This document shows, piece after piece, positions 10,241-19,857 of a DNA stretch of 43,864 nt. The number at the start of each line of letters is the position of its first letter. The stretch's first letter is position 1. The DNA lies in sequence record SRR31156797_1270; one strand, 5' to 3'. Both the position numbers and the translations under genes were made by a program. The notes under the pieces were generated by a model. The model was not told where the DNA came from, ran no database searches, and worked only from the letters and a program-made list of their open reading frames with translations.

Positions 10241-11233
10241 CTATTTCGCTTGCTCTACTTCAGCGATTTTTTCATATAGAGCGTAAACCTGAGGCTTGCT
10301 TTTCAGCTTTTGATAAATTGGTTGCACAGCCGCTTTAAACGGTGCCTGATCAATTTCAAAGAACTCAACACCAAACTCTGTTTGCGCTAGCTTACGTGTT
10401 TTCGCCATCTCTTCTTTCCACAGTTCTTTTTCTAGCTCGATAGACTCATCGATTGCTTCTTGAAGCGCTGTCAATTGTTCAGGTGTTAGCTTGCTCTTAG
10501 TGACGTTACTCATGATCACAACATCTGGAATACGAGTGTGCATGTCGTAGCTGTAGAACTTAGCAACTTCACCGTGGCGGGCGATTGTGATTGCGAATTC
10601 GTTATTTTCCGCACCATCAAGAATGCCTTGTTGAAGTGAGGTATAAACTTCCGCTTGGCTCATCGCGATTGGTGATGCACCTAGAAGTTTCATCGTTTCA
10701 ATCGACGTTTCACTCTGCATTACACGGATTTTCTTACCTTTTAGATCATCCAGTGTTTTAACAGGACCTTTGCTCATGTAGAAGCTACGAGCGCCAGAAT
10801 CGTACCAGCCCACACCAGCAAAGCCTTGAGCTTCAGTTGATTTGTAAACTGTGCTCATCACTTCTTTGTTGTCCATCACACGGTAGAAGCTTTCTTGGTT
10901 TTCAAAAAGGTAAGGTAAAGAGAACACACCGTACAGTGGAGAGAAGCTTTCTAGCAGACCAGAAGAAACTTTAGTCATGTCGATTGCGCCAACCTGAGTC
11001 ATTTCAACTAACTCACGTTCGCCACCTAACTGACTGTCTGGGAAGTATTGAATCGTCACTTCACCGTTCGTTTTTTTAGCCACCGCATCACCGATGTACT
11101 GAAGCGCATCTTTAACAGGCTGGCTGTTATCTGCGTATGCCATTTTTAGAACGGTAGCAGCGTTTGCGCCGAACGGGAGTAGCAGAGCAGAAGCAATAAT
11201 TGCTTTAGTAATCGGGTTGTAGAGTCGGGACAT
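10241..11233 (-). CDS. dctP: TRAP substrate-binding protein (DctP family, sugar-acid type)
   Basis: True start ATG 11233 (GGAGG RBS; signal peptide MSRLYNP...GANA). Motifs SQLGGERE, DSGARSFY, KIRVMQS (carboxylate-binding Arg), DGAENN. Confidence 0.9.
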   Translation of the reverse strand: MSRLYNPITKAIIASALLLPFGANAATVLKMAYADNSQPVKDALQYIGDAVAKKTNGEVTIQYFPDSQLGGERELVEMTQVGAIDMTKVSSGLLESFSPLYGVFSLPYLFENQESFYRVMDNKEVMSTVYKSTEAQGFAGVGWYDSGARSFYMSKGPVKTLDDLKGKKIRVMQSETSIETMKLLGASPIAMSQAEVYTSLQQGILDGAENNEFAITIARHGEVAKFYSYDMHTRIPDVVIMSNVTKSKLTPEQLTALQEAIDESIELEKELWKEEMAKTRKLAQTEFGVEFFEIDQAPFKAAVQPIYQKLKSKPQVYALYEKIAEVEQAK

Positions 11234-11284
11234 AATATCCTCCAAATTGATTGTTATGCTTGTTATTGAGTGTTTAATACCACT

Positions 11285-11305
11285 GCTTGAAACAGCGTTT
11301 CTATT
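11285..11305. promoter_or_regulatory. Candidate KdgR operator
   Basis: Minus strand AATAGAAACGCTGTTTCAAGC versus KdgR consensus AAATGAAACAnTGTTTCATTT; the core GAAAC-N3-GTTTC is intact. Confidence 0.6.
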
Positions 11306-11315
11306 TGTTGGGTCT

Positions 11316-11413
11316 ATCATGTCGTTTTCAGAAAAGTGCCACCTTTGAAATTTCGCCACCTTTAAATTTTGACCGTCTGATTCGTTATACCCACACAGTG
11401 AAGGGTCACATTT
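11316..11413 (-). promoter_or_regulatory. Candidate RhaS/CRP-activated sigma70 promoter of dctPQM-rhiN
   Basis: Minus strand: AAATGTGA CRP half-site (11413-11406), 17-bp RhaS-like half-site GGCGAAATTTCAAAGGT (11357-11341), then 19 nt, then -10-like CATGAT (11321-11316). Confidence 0.5.
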
Positions 11414-11543
11414 TTCGTTTTTATTTACATGGTGGTAAGTATGAAGAGAAGATTTGATAAATCGGTTCGAAGAATAAATAGAAGAATACAACAAATATCA
11501 CAATTTACGTGCTACATCCTACTTTCTGTAAGGCCATAAATAC

Positions 11544-11566
11544 AAAAAGGGAGCACAAAGCTCCCT
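11544..11566 (-). terminator. Rho-independent terminator of the urt-ure operon
   Basis: AGGGAGC-acaaa-GCTCCCT; followed on the minus strand by a T run. Confidence 0.8.
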
Positions 11567-11604
11567 CACCATTACTCCGAAGAGTACACCAACTTATGTT
11601 GCTA

Positions 11605-12144
11605 TTATTTCGCCAGTATCGTTGTAGAAACAACGCTGCGAGTGGCTTTTACCAAGGCTGCCACACCAATCATCACCATAACGCTTGCTAACAATGAACC
11701 CAAACCAAATTCACTGATTGCACCGATAGCTTCCGCTCCCTGAACCAGTCCATGACAAGCACTAAAAGCTGCGATACTAATGATAGAAAGCCATTTGATC
11801 GCACCTGTTTTGCGATAGGCATACACAGCAACAGGTAGTGCGATTAAAGAACCAGCGACTAAAGATTCAACCTGTGAAGCATTCGTCCACTCTACCCCCA
11901 CAAAAAAACCAACCATTAAAGCTGCCGCAAAGCACGCTATGATTTGTGCAGATTTTTTATAACTGTATCCCGCAGCGAAGAAACCTATGAGAACTAAAGC
12001 CGCGAAGTGATCCAAACCCGTTAATGGGTGCAAAAAGCCTTCTGCAAAACTGGCATGCATTGAATGACCTGTGTGCGCAAAACTTGGCGAGCTTGCCAAT
12101 ATAAGAGTTGTACCGGATAGAGCTTGTCTAAGTGATAGTTTCAT
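11605..12144 (-). CDS. ureJ: HupE/UreJ-family nickel permease
   Basis: Signal-like N-terminus ending AHTGH, GFLHPLTGLDH motif, about 5-6 TM; last gene of the urease operon. Confidence 0.88.
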   Translation of the reverse strand: MKLSLRQALSGTTLILASSPSFAHTGHSMHASFAEGFLHPLTGLDHFAALVLIGFFAAGYSYKKSAQIIACFAAALMVGFFVGVEWTNASQVESLVAGSLIALPVAVYAYRKTGAIKWLSIISIAAFSACHGLVQGAEAIGAISEFGLGSLLASVMVMIGVAALVKATRSVVSTTILAK

Positions 12145-12163
12145 TTCAATAGTCCTTTATTAT

Positions 12164-12805
12164 TTATTGTTCTGTTACAACCACATTGACGTCACGTTCA
12201 GTCAACATACCCTGTTGCACGATAAAGTCGATGACGGTTTTGAGACCGTCTCCGCGTATTAAATTGGTAAACACAAACGGCTTTTCACCGCGCATCTTTT
12301 TCGCATCTCTGTCCATCACCTCTAATGATGCATTCACCATTGGTGCTAGATCTGTTTTGTTGATGATTAGCAGGTCAGACTTAGTAATACCCGGACCACC
12401 TTTGCGCGGAATTTTGTCACCAGCGCAGACGTCAATCACATACAAGGTGAGATCAGAAAGTTCCGGGCTAAACGTCGCACTGAGGTTGTCACCACCGCTT
12501 TCAACCAATACCAGTTCCAAACCGGGATGGCGATGTTGCAGTTCATCAATAGCTGCCAGATTCATTGATGCATCCTCACGAATGGCAGTGTGGGGACAGC
12601 CGCCTGTTTCAACCCCCATGATTCTGTCTTGATCCAGCGCTTCGTGGCGCATTAGAAACTCCGCATCTTCTTTGGTGTATATGTCATTAGTCACCACCGC
12701 AAGATTGTAGTGTTCGCGCATCGCTGAACATAACTGACGCAGTAATGCGGTTTTACCGGAGCCTACCGGGCCACCGACGCCTACTCGTAAACATTGTGTG
12801 CTCAT
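12164..12805 (-). CDS. ureG: Urease accessory GTPase UreG
   Basis: [10 protein letters not shown]-loop, ETGGCPH Ni-binding motif, ESGGDNL, NKTD. Confidence 0.98.
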   Translation of the reverse strand: MSTQCLRVGVGGPVGSGKTALLRQLCSAMREHYNLAVVTNDIYTKEDAEFLMRHEALDQDRIMGVETGGCPHTAIREDASMNLAAIDELQHRHPGLELVLVESGGDNLSATFSPELSDLTLYVIDVCAGDKIPRKGGPGITKSDLLIINKTDLAPMVNASLEVMDRDAKKMRGEKPFVFTNLIRGDGLKTVIDFIVQQGMLTERDVNVVVTEQ

Positions 12806-12807
12806 AT

Positions 12808-13470
12808 TTAACTCCTAAATAATCTTGAATATTGAGTCTCGTGCCATGCACTGATCATGGCGAAATTGGGTAATGTCAGTCCGATGTTGTCGTCACTAAC
12901 GGATAATCCGGTTTCGATTGCCTGTTCAATCACAGGCATCATTTCAATCAGAACTTTCTGCGCGGAGGTCTGCCCTAGTGGTACCGTTTTACATGCGACC
13001 GTGACCTGATTTTCTAGCCAAGACCACAACCAACCCGTGGCTGCCACATCTAAGGGGACACTAAAATGCACGCACGCTTTGGCGTATAAAGGTAAGTAAG
13101 TTAAGCCTCGGGAATTACTATCAAGCTCTACGTTCAAGCTCACTAATAGACGATGAAGAGTTTGACCAAGCTTCTGCTCTTCCATCACCAGTTCTGCCGT
13201 TTCACGATTAGCCAGTAACACGCTTTGCCAATGCTCTATTTGGTTTACATCATTGATTTGCCAAGCCTGATAAAAGCGTTTCAGCAAAGGCAATTCCAAG
13301 TTTGCCTGCCCACTTTTCAGCAATGGCGCAACCCATTCCTTCAAGCTCTCTTCATCACTCACCCACTCAAGTTCCACAGCGCCTTCCAGCCCCTGGCTAT
13401 ACGCGAACGCACCGATAGGTAAACTTGGGCTGCTTAAGTGCAGCAGAGATAACAGCGCTGAAATCTGCAT
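12808..13470 (-). CDS. ureF: Urease accessory protein UreF
   Basis: [26 protein letters not shown]-terminal [11 protein letters not shown]. Confidence 0.97.
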   Translation of the reverse strand: MQISALLSLLHLSSPSLPIGAFAYSQGLEGAVELEWVSDEESLKEWVAPLLKSGQANLELPLLKRFYQAWQINDVNQIEHWQSVLLANRETAELVMEEQKLGQTLHRLLVSLNVELDSNSRGLTYLPLYAKACVHFSVPLDVAATGWLWSWLENQVTVACKTVPLGQTSAQKVLIEMMPVIEQAIETGLSVSDDNIGLTLPNFAMISAWHETQYSRLFRS

Positions 13471-13985
13471 TAGTGATGATGCTCCCCATGACTGTGAGAA
13501 TGGGGATGGTCATGTGAATGACTGTGATCATGAGAGTGCCCATGGTGATGACCTTTACCACTGCCGTGATAAGCACCGTTTTCAGGGGTAAACTCCGCCA
13601 TTTGCGCTTCACATTTAAGCCCCATCATTTCAACCATTTCTTGCAAAACATGGTCAGGTTGGAAACGCAACCAACATTGGCCAATCGCCATAGGTACATG
13701 GCGGTTACCCATGTGGTAACACGCTTTAGCGAAGGTCTCCCAATCGTCACTTTTCGCAGTAATGACTGATTCCTTCTCTGCTACGACAACTAACACTTGT
13801 CCACATTCGGTATGTAGGTAGTCACCGTGTTTGAGTACATCACCTCTAGGTAAAAATACACCCACATCCAATCCTGACTGACTGGCAGTTCTGAATCGAC
13901 CTTTCTGGCGCAACGCATAAGGCAATACCACGTTGTCTAGCACTGCCCCATGGAAATGGTCGGAACGTCCTACAACTTTCAACAT
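13470..13985 (-). CDS. ureE: Urease Ni-chaperone UreE with His-rich tail
   Basis: YHMGNRH, DHVL, FTPENGAYH motifs; 16 His in the last 32 residues. Confidence 0.96.
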   Translation of the reverse strand: MLKVVGRSDHFHGAVLDNVVLPYALRQKGRFRTASQSGLDVGVFLPRGDVLKHGDYLHTECGQVLVVVAEKESVITAKSDDWETFAKACYHMGNRHVPMAIGQCWLRFQPDHVLQEMVEMMGLKCEAQMAEFTPENGAYHGSGKGHHHGHSHDHSHSHDHPHSHSHGEHHH

Positions 13986-14008
13986 ACAACTCTCCTTAGT
14001 TCAGTTTC

Positions 14009-15715
14009 TCAGAACAACGAATAACGCTGTGCCAGTGGTAGTTCTGTCGCAGGGTCACAGGTCAGTAGCTGACCGTCCGCTTTGACTTCATAGGTTTGCG
14101 GATCCACGCTGATCACCGGCATGTAATCGTTATGAATCATGTCATTCTTGGTAACGTTACGACTGTTAATACAAGGTGCTAAATCGCGCTTAAGTCCAAG
14201 ACTCTGTTGCAGTCCATTTTCCATCGCAGCTTTGCTGGTGAATGTTACCGACGTAGCCGCCCCCGCACTGCCAAAGCCACCAAACATATAGCGATAATGC
14301 ACCGGTTGTGGTGTTGGGATTGAAGCATTTGCATCGCCCATAGGTGCTGCCGCAATGAACCCACCCTTGATGATTAACGCCGGTTTAACGCCAAAAAACG
14401 CCGGTTTCCAAAGTACGATATCCGCCAATTTTCCCACTTCCAATGACCCTACGAGGTGAGAAATACCATGAGCGATAGCCGGGTTGATGGTGTATTTGGC
14501 GATATAACGTTTCGCCCGGAAGTTATCCGCCTGAATCTCTTCATCTTCAGGCAATAATCCACGTTGTACTTTCATCTTGTGTGCGGTTTGCCAGGTACGA
14601 CAAATCACTTCGCCCACTCGCCCCATTGCTTGAGAGTCCGATGCAATCATCGAGAACGCGCCTAAATCATGCAGGATATCTTCTGCTGCAATAGTCTCTT
14701 TACGAATACGCGAATCGGCAAACGCCACATCTTCTGGAATGTTTGGATCAAGGTGATGACACACCATCAGCATATCCAGGTGCTCATCCACAGTATTTAC
14801 TGTGTAAGGACGCGTCGGGTTGGTAGAAGATGGAAGAACATTAGGCTGACCACAAGCAACGATAATATCCGGCGCGTGACCGCCCCCGGCACCTTCCGTG
14901 TGATAGGTGTGAATCGTGCGATCTTTAAATGCAGCAAGAGTATCTTCCACAAATCCCGATTCGTTCAAGGTATCGGTGTGGATAGCGACCTGCACATCAT
15001 ATTTTTCTGCGACGGATAAACAGTTATCGATAGAAGCTGGTGTGGTTCCCCAGTCTTCGTGAAGCTTCAAACCACAAGCGCCCGCTTCTAACTGTTCTGC
15101 CAGTGCTTCAGGTAAGCTCGCATTGCCCTTTCCAAGGAACCCAAAATTCATTGGCATCAAGTCAGTGCTACGCAGCATCTGAGCTAGATTCCACGCCCCC
15201 GGAGTACAGGTTGTCGCGTTAGTCCCAGTCGCAGGGCCTGTACCTCCACCAAGCATGGTCGTCGTGCCCGACATCAGTGCTTCTTCGATTTGTTGGGGAC
15301 AGATAAAGTGAATGTGCGCGTCAATCGCGCCTGCGGTAACAATATGCCCTTCACCCGCTATTACTTCAGTACTGGCGCCAATATTAATCGTCACGTCTGG
15401 CTGAATGTCCGAGTTGCCCGCTTTACCAATCGCATGGATCTTGCCGTCTTTAATGCCAATATCCGCTTTAACAATACCCCAGTGGTCAAGAATTAGCGCA
15501 TTGGTGATGACACAATCGACCACTTCATCACGACACTTCTGTCCCTGTCCCATACCGTCTCGAATGACCTTGCCGCCACCGAATTTCACCTCGTCGCCGT
15601 AAGTCGTAAAATCTTTCTCAACCTGAATCCAAAGTTCAGTATCGGCTAAACGAACCTTGTCTCCGGTTGTTGGCCCGTACATATCGGCGTACGCAGCCCT
15701 TGATATCTCTGCCAT
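14009..15715 (-). CDS. ureC: Urease alpha (catalytic) subunit
   Basis: Ni ligands [14 protein letters not shown] (carbamylated Lys), [17 protein letters not shown]; flap MVCHHL. Confidence 0.99.
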   Translation of the reverse strand: MAEISRAAYADMYGPTTGDKVRLADTELWIQVEKDFTTYGDEVKFGGGKVIRDGMGQGQKCRDEVVDCVITNALILDHWGIVKADIGIKDGKIHAIGKAGNSDIQPDVTINIGASTEVIAGEGHIVTAGAIDAHIHFICPQQIEEALMSGTTTMLGGGTGPATGTNATTCTPGAWNLAQMLRSTDLMPMNFGFLGKGNASLPEALAEQLEAGACGLKLHEDWGTTPASIDNCLSVAEKYDVQVAIHTDTLNESGFVEDTLAAFKDRTIHTYHTEGAGGGHAPDIIVACGQPNVLPSSTNPTRPYTVNTVDEHLDMLMVCHHLDPNIPEDVAFADSRIRKETIAAEDILHDLGAFSMIASDSQAMGRVGEVICRTWQTAHKMKVQRGLLPEDEEIQADNFRAKRYIAKYTINPAIAHGISHLVGSLEVGKLADIVLWKPAFFGVKPALIIKGGFIAAAPMGDANASIPTPQPVHYRYMFGGFGSAGAATSVTFTSKAAMENGLQQSLGLKRDLAPCINSRNVTKNDMIHNDYMPVISVDPQTYEVKADGQLLTCDPATELPLAQRYSLF

Positions 15716-15737
15716 TGCTCTTTCCTATTCCTTGAAT

Positions 15738-16043
15738 TCAGACTTTGCCCATTACTTCTGCGCGGAATCCGTACACTTCTCTGTTTCCATCAAGCTCAAC
15801 CAATTCCACATTGCGCGTTTGTCCCGGCTCAAAACGTACAGCCGTGCCCGCCGCGATGTTTAAACGCATGCCTTTGGTTTTTTCACGCTCAAAATCGAGC
15901 GCTGGGTTGGTTTCAAAGAAATGGTAATGACTGCCCACTTGTACGGGGCGGTCACCATGATTGACCACTGAAATACTCAAAGTTTTACGACCAGAATTGA
16001 GTTCAATGGGCGCAGATTGCAGTTGGTATTCTCCAGCCTTCAT
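15738..16043 (-). CDS. ureB: Urease beta subunit
   Basis: [25 protein letters not shown]. Confidence 0.98.
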   Translation of the reverse strand: MKAGEYQLQSAPIELNSGRKTLSISVVNHGDRPVQVGSHYHFFETNPALDFEREKTKGMRLNIAAGTAVRFEPGQTRNVELVELDGNREVYGFRAEVMGKV

Positions 16044-16051
16044 AACGCCTC

Positions 16052-16354
16052 CTACTGGATCGGATTATGAACGGTGACCAATTTAGTCCCGTCAGGAAAG
16101 GTCGCTTCTACCTGCACTTCTTCAAGAAGCTCTGAAATGCCGTCCATGACCTCGTTCTTGCTTAATAGCGTGCGTCCTTCACTCATTAACTGAGCGACGG
16201 TTTTCCCTTCTCGCGCGCCTTCCATAATAGCCGCAGAGATATACGCACTCGCTTCCGGATAATTCAATTTGATGCCTTTTGCTAAACGGCGCTCAGCTAA
16301 TAACGCCGCAGTAAACAGCAACAGTTTATCCTTGTCTCTTGGTGATAATTCCAT
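16052..16354 (-). CDS. ureA: Urease gamma subunit
   Basis: [34 protein letters not shown]. Confidence 0.98.
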   Translation of the reverse strand: MELSPRDKDKLLLFTAALLAERRLAKGIKLNYPEASAYISAAIMEGAREGKTVAQLMSEGRTLLSKNEVMDGISELLEEVQVEATFPDGTKLVTVHNPIQ

Positions 16355-16379
16355 ATCGTCCCTCAGAAATAACGTTAAA

Positions 16380-17240
16380 TCAGGTGTTCCAAATCCTTGG
16401 TGGGCAAGGTTCTTTGCCCATGAGTTGAGGTCGCAATAATTGCCAGCAGCCTCTGAGTTGTTGTTGTGCCTGTTCGCTACAATCGCCCAGATAACGAACG
16501 ACGATCACGCCTAAACGGTGAGTGACACTGAGTGTTGCTTGATTTGAATCCAGTGAGTCTCTGAGATTAGTGACTGCGGTATCCGCGTCTTCAATTCCAA
16601 ACACCAGCAAAGTTCCGGAAACCAAATGCTGATTAAACCCACTCATCGCTGTAAGTAACGGATCGTCCGCAGATAGATATTGACGCTCAAGCAAAATCGG
16701 AGTGTCTTCCAGATACACCGCCAAACGCTGTTCAACACTGCCACTCACAAAAGGTAAATGGCTCTTTGGTCTGCCAAGGCAAAATACGTCGATACCAACG
16801 AATTTTGCATCGCCATACAAGTTAACTCTCGTTGAGAGCTTGCCATGTGCGCCATCAAAAACGATGGTTTCCATCGGCATCCATTCACATCTGGCGCTGT
16901 GAACATCAATATGTACATGTTGACGTTGTGCGCCACCCTGACTGTCAGCCCGATAGATTTTTCCCGCTGACGGTGTGGTAATCAGCGCATGACTGTCTTT
17001 TGCGCACTCAACCTGAATACTTAAGTCATCACCCGACACCAGTCCGCCCGGTGGATGCAGCAAATAGACATGGCAAACATCCTGCTCGGGATAGAATGGA
17101 CGCTGTACTCGCAATGGTCCCTGAAAGGCCATCTGGTGCATGCGTGTTTTCTCGCCGTCATTATCAAAACCTAATGACAGAAACGCTGGCCAGTGGCGCT
17201 CGGTTTGACTGATGAGATCGAACTTAGACATTAAATTCAT
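16380..17240 (-). CDS. ureD: Urease accessory protein UreD
   Basis: [32 protein letters not shown]-terminal PRIWNT. Confidence 0.96.
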   Translation of the reverse strand: MNLMSKFDLISQTERHWPAFLSLGFDNDGEKTRMHQMAFQGPLRVQRPFYPEQDVCHVYLLHPPGGLVSGDDLSIQVECAKDSHALITTPSAGKIYRADSQGGAQRQHVHIDVHSARCEWMPMETIVFDGAHGKLSTRVNLYGDAKFVGIDVFCLGRPKSHLPFVSGSVEQRLAVYLEDTPILLERQYLSADDPLLTAMSGFNQHLVSGTLLVFGIEDADTAVTNLRDSLDSNQATLSVTHRLGVIVVRYLGDCSEQAQQQLRGCWQLLRPQLMGKEPCPPRIWNT

Positions 17241-17244
17241 AGCC

Positions 17245-17940
17245 CTACACCGTCAGATATTCTTTAACCAGAGCATCGTTAAGATCGGTCATTTCACCAT
17301 TAGCGACTTGTTTCCCTCGATCAAGAATGCAAAATCGGTCAGCCACTTTTCTGGCAAACGGCAGCTTCTGCTCAACCAAAAGTACCGTTAGACCAATCTC
17401 CTGATTTAAACGACGGATGATGTCGCCGATTTCAGCCACGACATTGGGCTGAATCCCTTCAGTCGGCTCGTCTAGAATCAGTAACTTTGGGTTAATGACG
17501 AGTGCGCGACCAATTGCCAACTGTTGTTGCTGACCACCAGAAAGGTCACCACCCCGGCGATGAAGCATCTCTTTCAGAACCGGGAATAACTCATAGATAA
17601 AATCCGGTACGTTTTTGCTTTTATCACCACGTACAGGCAAGCCAATGCGCAGGTTTTCTTCCACCGTCAGTAGAGGGAATATTTGGCGCCCCTGGGGAAC
17701 GTAACCAATACCCAAAGGTGCCCGTTTTTCAGCCGCTAAACCTGCTATGTCCTGTCCCAGATATTCAATTTGACCACTTTGAGTTGCAAGCAGTCCCATG
17801 ACGCATTGCAGCAGTGTTGTTTTACCAACTCCATTACGGCCCATTAAACAGGTACACTTGCCCTCTTCCACGTTTAGGTCTAAATCCCACAGAGTATGAC
17901 TCTGACCGTAAAACTGGTTTAATCCTTTCACCGTTAACAT
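17245..17940 (-). CDS. urtE: Urea ABC transporter ATP-binding subunit UrtE
   Basis: GRNGVGKTT, LSGGQQQQLAIGRAL, LDEPTEGIQP. Confidence 0.95.
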   Translation of the reverse strand: MLTVKGLNQFYGQSHTLWDLDLNVEEGKCTCLMGRNGVGKTTLLQCVMGLLATQSGQIEYLGQDIAGLAAEKRAPLGIGYVPQGRQIFPLLTVEENLRIGLPVRGDKSKNVPDFIYELFPVLKEMLHRRGGDLSGGQQQQLAIGRALVINPKLLILDEPTEGIQPNVVAEIGDIIRRLNQEIGLTVLLVEQKLPFARKVADRFCILDRGKQVANGEMTDLNDALVKEYLTV

Positions 17941-18773
17941 GCTTCTTCTCCCAAATAGACTTCAACCACTTTGGGGTTGCTTTGCACCTGATCCATGGTG
18001 CCTTCAGCCAATACTGAACCTTGGTGTAACACTGTCACGTTTTTCGCAATTGAACGGACAAAGTCCATGTCATGCTCAACCAGAACAATGGTGCGTTCTC
18101 CGGCAAGACTGGTTAACAGTTCCCCTGTTCTGTCCATCTCCTGATGAGTCATGCCTGCTACGGGTTCATCAACTAATAGCAACTTAGGGTTCTGCATGAG
18201 CAGCATGCCGATTTCCAGCCACTGTTTTTGCCCGTGAGACAAAGCGCCAGCCAATAGGAATCGTTGAGGTTCCAGACCAATTTGCTTAAGCACATAGTCG
18301 ATATAATCAATATCTGAAGAAGACAATTTAGCGAACAGAGTAGAACGTACCGTTTTCGCCCCAGCCATCGCCAACTCTAAATTGTTAAACACAGTCTGGT
18401 TCTCAAACACGGTTGGTTTCTGGAATTTTCGGCCAATGCCAGCCTGAGCAATTTCCGGTTCGCTCAGTTCAAGCAGATCGATGTTTTGACCAAACCATGC
18501 ACTGCCGCTATCTGGGCGAGTTTTTCCTGTAATAATATCCATCATGGTGGTTTTACCCGCCCCGTTTGGACCAATAATGCAGCGTAATTCGCCTTCGTTG
18601 ATGTACAGGTTCAGATTGTTAATCGCTTTAAATCCGTCAAAGCTGACCGTTAAATCTTCGAGATAAAGCAGGCAACCGTGACCGACCGTCAGCATTGGGT
18701 TAACCTTAGGAATCAGGAAGTCATACACATGATCTCTGTCTGTCATTGAACGAGCGAAATCTCTTAAACTCAT
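17934..18773 (-). CDS. urtD: Urea ABC transporter ATP-binding subunit UrtD
   Basis: GPNGAGKTTMMD, IGRKFQKPTVFE, LSHGQKQWLEIGM. Confidence 0.95.
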   Translation of the reverse strand: MSLRDFARSMTDRDHVYDFLIPKVNPMLTVGHGCLLYLEDLTVSFDGFKAINNLNLYINEGELRCIIGPNGAGKTTMMDIITGKTRPDSGSAWFGQNIDLLELSEPEIAQAGIGRKFQKPTVFENQTVFNNLELAMAGAKTVRSTLFAKLSSSDIDYIDYVLKQIGLEPQRFLLAGALSHGQKQWLEIGMLLMQNPKLLLVDEPVAGMTHQEMDRTGELLTSLAGERTIVLVEHDMDFVRSIAKNVTVLHQGSVLAEGTMDQVQSNPKVVEVYLGEEAC

Positions 18774-19855
18774 GCGTTTGCCTCCTTGGTTTTAATCAGT
18801 CCAACCACACCTTTTGGCAGAAACAGCGTCACTAATACGAACATAGCGCCGAGACTGAACAACCAAACTTCGGGCAGTGCGGCGGTAAGGTATGTTTTGG
18901 CGTAATTCACCGCCAATGCGCCAACCACGGCACCATAAAGCGTTGCACGCCCACCGAGTGCGACCCATACCACCAGCTCAATCGAGTTCAACGGTGAAAA
19001 TTCTGAGGGGTTAATGATGCCAACCTGAGGGACATACAATGCGCCAGCAATACCCGCTAATACCGCAGAGAAACAGAATATCGCAAGCTTAATGTATTCC
19101 ACTTTGTAGCCCGTAAAACGAGTGCGTGATTCAGCATCACGAACCGCCATAGCCACTCGGCCTAAGCGACTGACGACAATAAAGCGACAAGCCAGATAAC
19201 CAAGACCGAGTGCTACACCAGACAGTATGAACAAAGTGATACGGGTTGAATTCGCCTGCAAATCAAAGCCCAAAAGGTCTTTAAAATCGGTTAAGCCGTT
19301 ATTGCCACCAAAGCCCATTTCGTTGCGGAAAAATGCCAGCATTAATGCGTAGGTTAATGCCTGAGTAATAATCGACAAATAAACTCCGGTCACACGGGAA
19401 CGGAATGCCAGCCAGCCAAACACAAATGCCAACACGCCTGGCGCTAGAACTATCATCAAGGCCGCAAACCAGAATTGGTCGAATCCTTGCCAGAACCAAG
19501 GCAACTCTTTCCAGTTTAGGAACACCATAAAATCGGGCAGTTCTGGGTTGCCGTAAATACCACGGTCACCAATCTGACGCATCAGATACATGCCCATCGC
19601 ATAGCCACCCAAGGCAAAAAATGCGGCATGACCAAGGCTCAAAATACCCAAGTAGCCCCACACTAAATCGACTGCAACTGCGAGCAAGGCATAGGTTAAA
19701 TATTTACCCATTAAGGTAATGGTATAAGTTGAGATATGCAGTGAGTTTCCTTCTCCTACCAACATGTTCAGTGCTGGTATCACACACAACGCCGCTGCTA
19801 AAACCAGTAGAAATGTCATGGTCGAGCGATCAAATAACTTCGGTTGATACACCAT
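18770..19855 (-). CDS. urtC: Urea ABC transporter permease UrtC
   Basis: DLVWGYLGILSLGH, LPDFMVFLNWKELPWFW, GFGGNNGLTDF. Start re-called at ATG 19855 (GGAGGG RBS, just after the urtB stop). Confidence 0.93.
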   Translation of the reverse strand: MVYQPKLFDRSTMTFLLVLAAALCVIPALNMLVGEGNSLHISTYTITLMGKYLTYALLAVAVDLVWGYLGILSLGHAAFFALGGYAMGMYLMRQIGDRGIYGNPELPDFMVFLNWKELPWFWQGFDQFWFAALMIVLAPGVLAFVFGWLAFRSRVTGVYLSIITQALTYALMLAFFRNEMGFGGNNGLTDFKDLLGFDLQANSTRITLFILSGVALGLGYLACRFIVVSRLGRVAMAVRDAESRTRFTGYKVEYIKLAIFCFSAVLAGIAGALYVPQVGIINPSEFSPLNSIELVVWVALGGRATLYGAVVGALAVNYAKTYLTAALPEVWLFSLGAMFVLVTLFLPKGVVGLIKTKEANA

Positions 19856-19857
19856 GA

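Noticed and set aside
11234-11494. 87-aa N-terminal extension of DctP in the ORF track
   Set aside because: The signal peptide and GGAGG RBS point to ATG 11233; the extension overlaps the promoter and operators.
11509-11691. 60-aa plus-strand ORF ending in HTNHHHNAC near the urease operon
   Set aside because: It spans the terminator and is antisense to ureJ, with no RBS; the His run derives from antisense Val/Met codons.
13473-13550. Short tandem (GTG/ATG) repeats
   Set aside because: Explained by UreE His-rich tail codons; not a CRISPR array or VNTR element.
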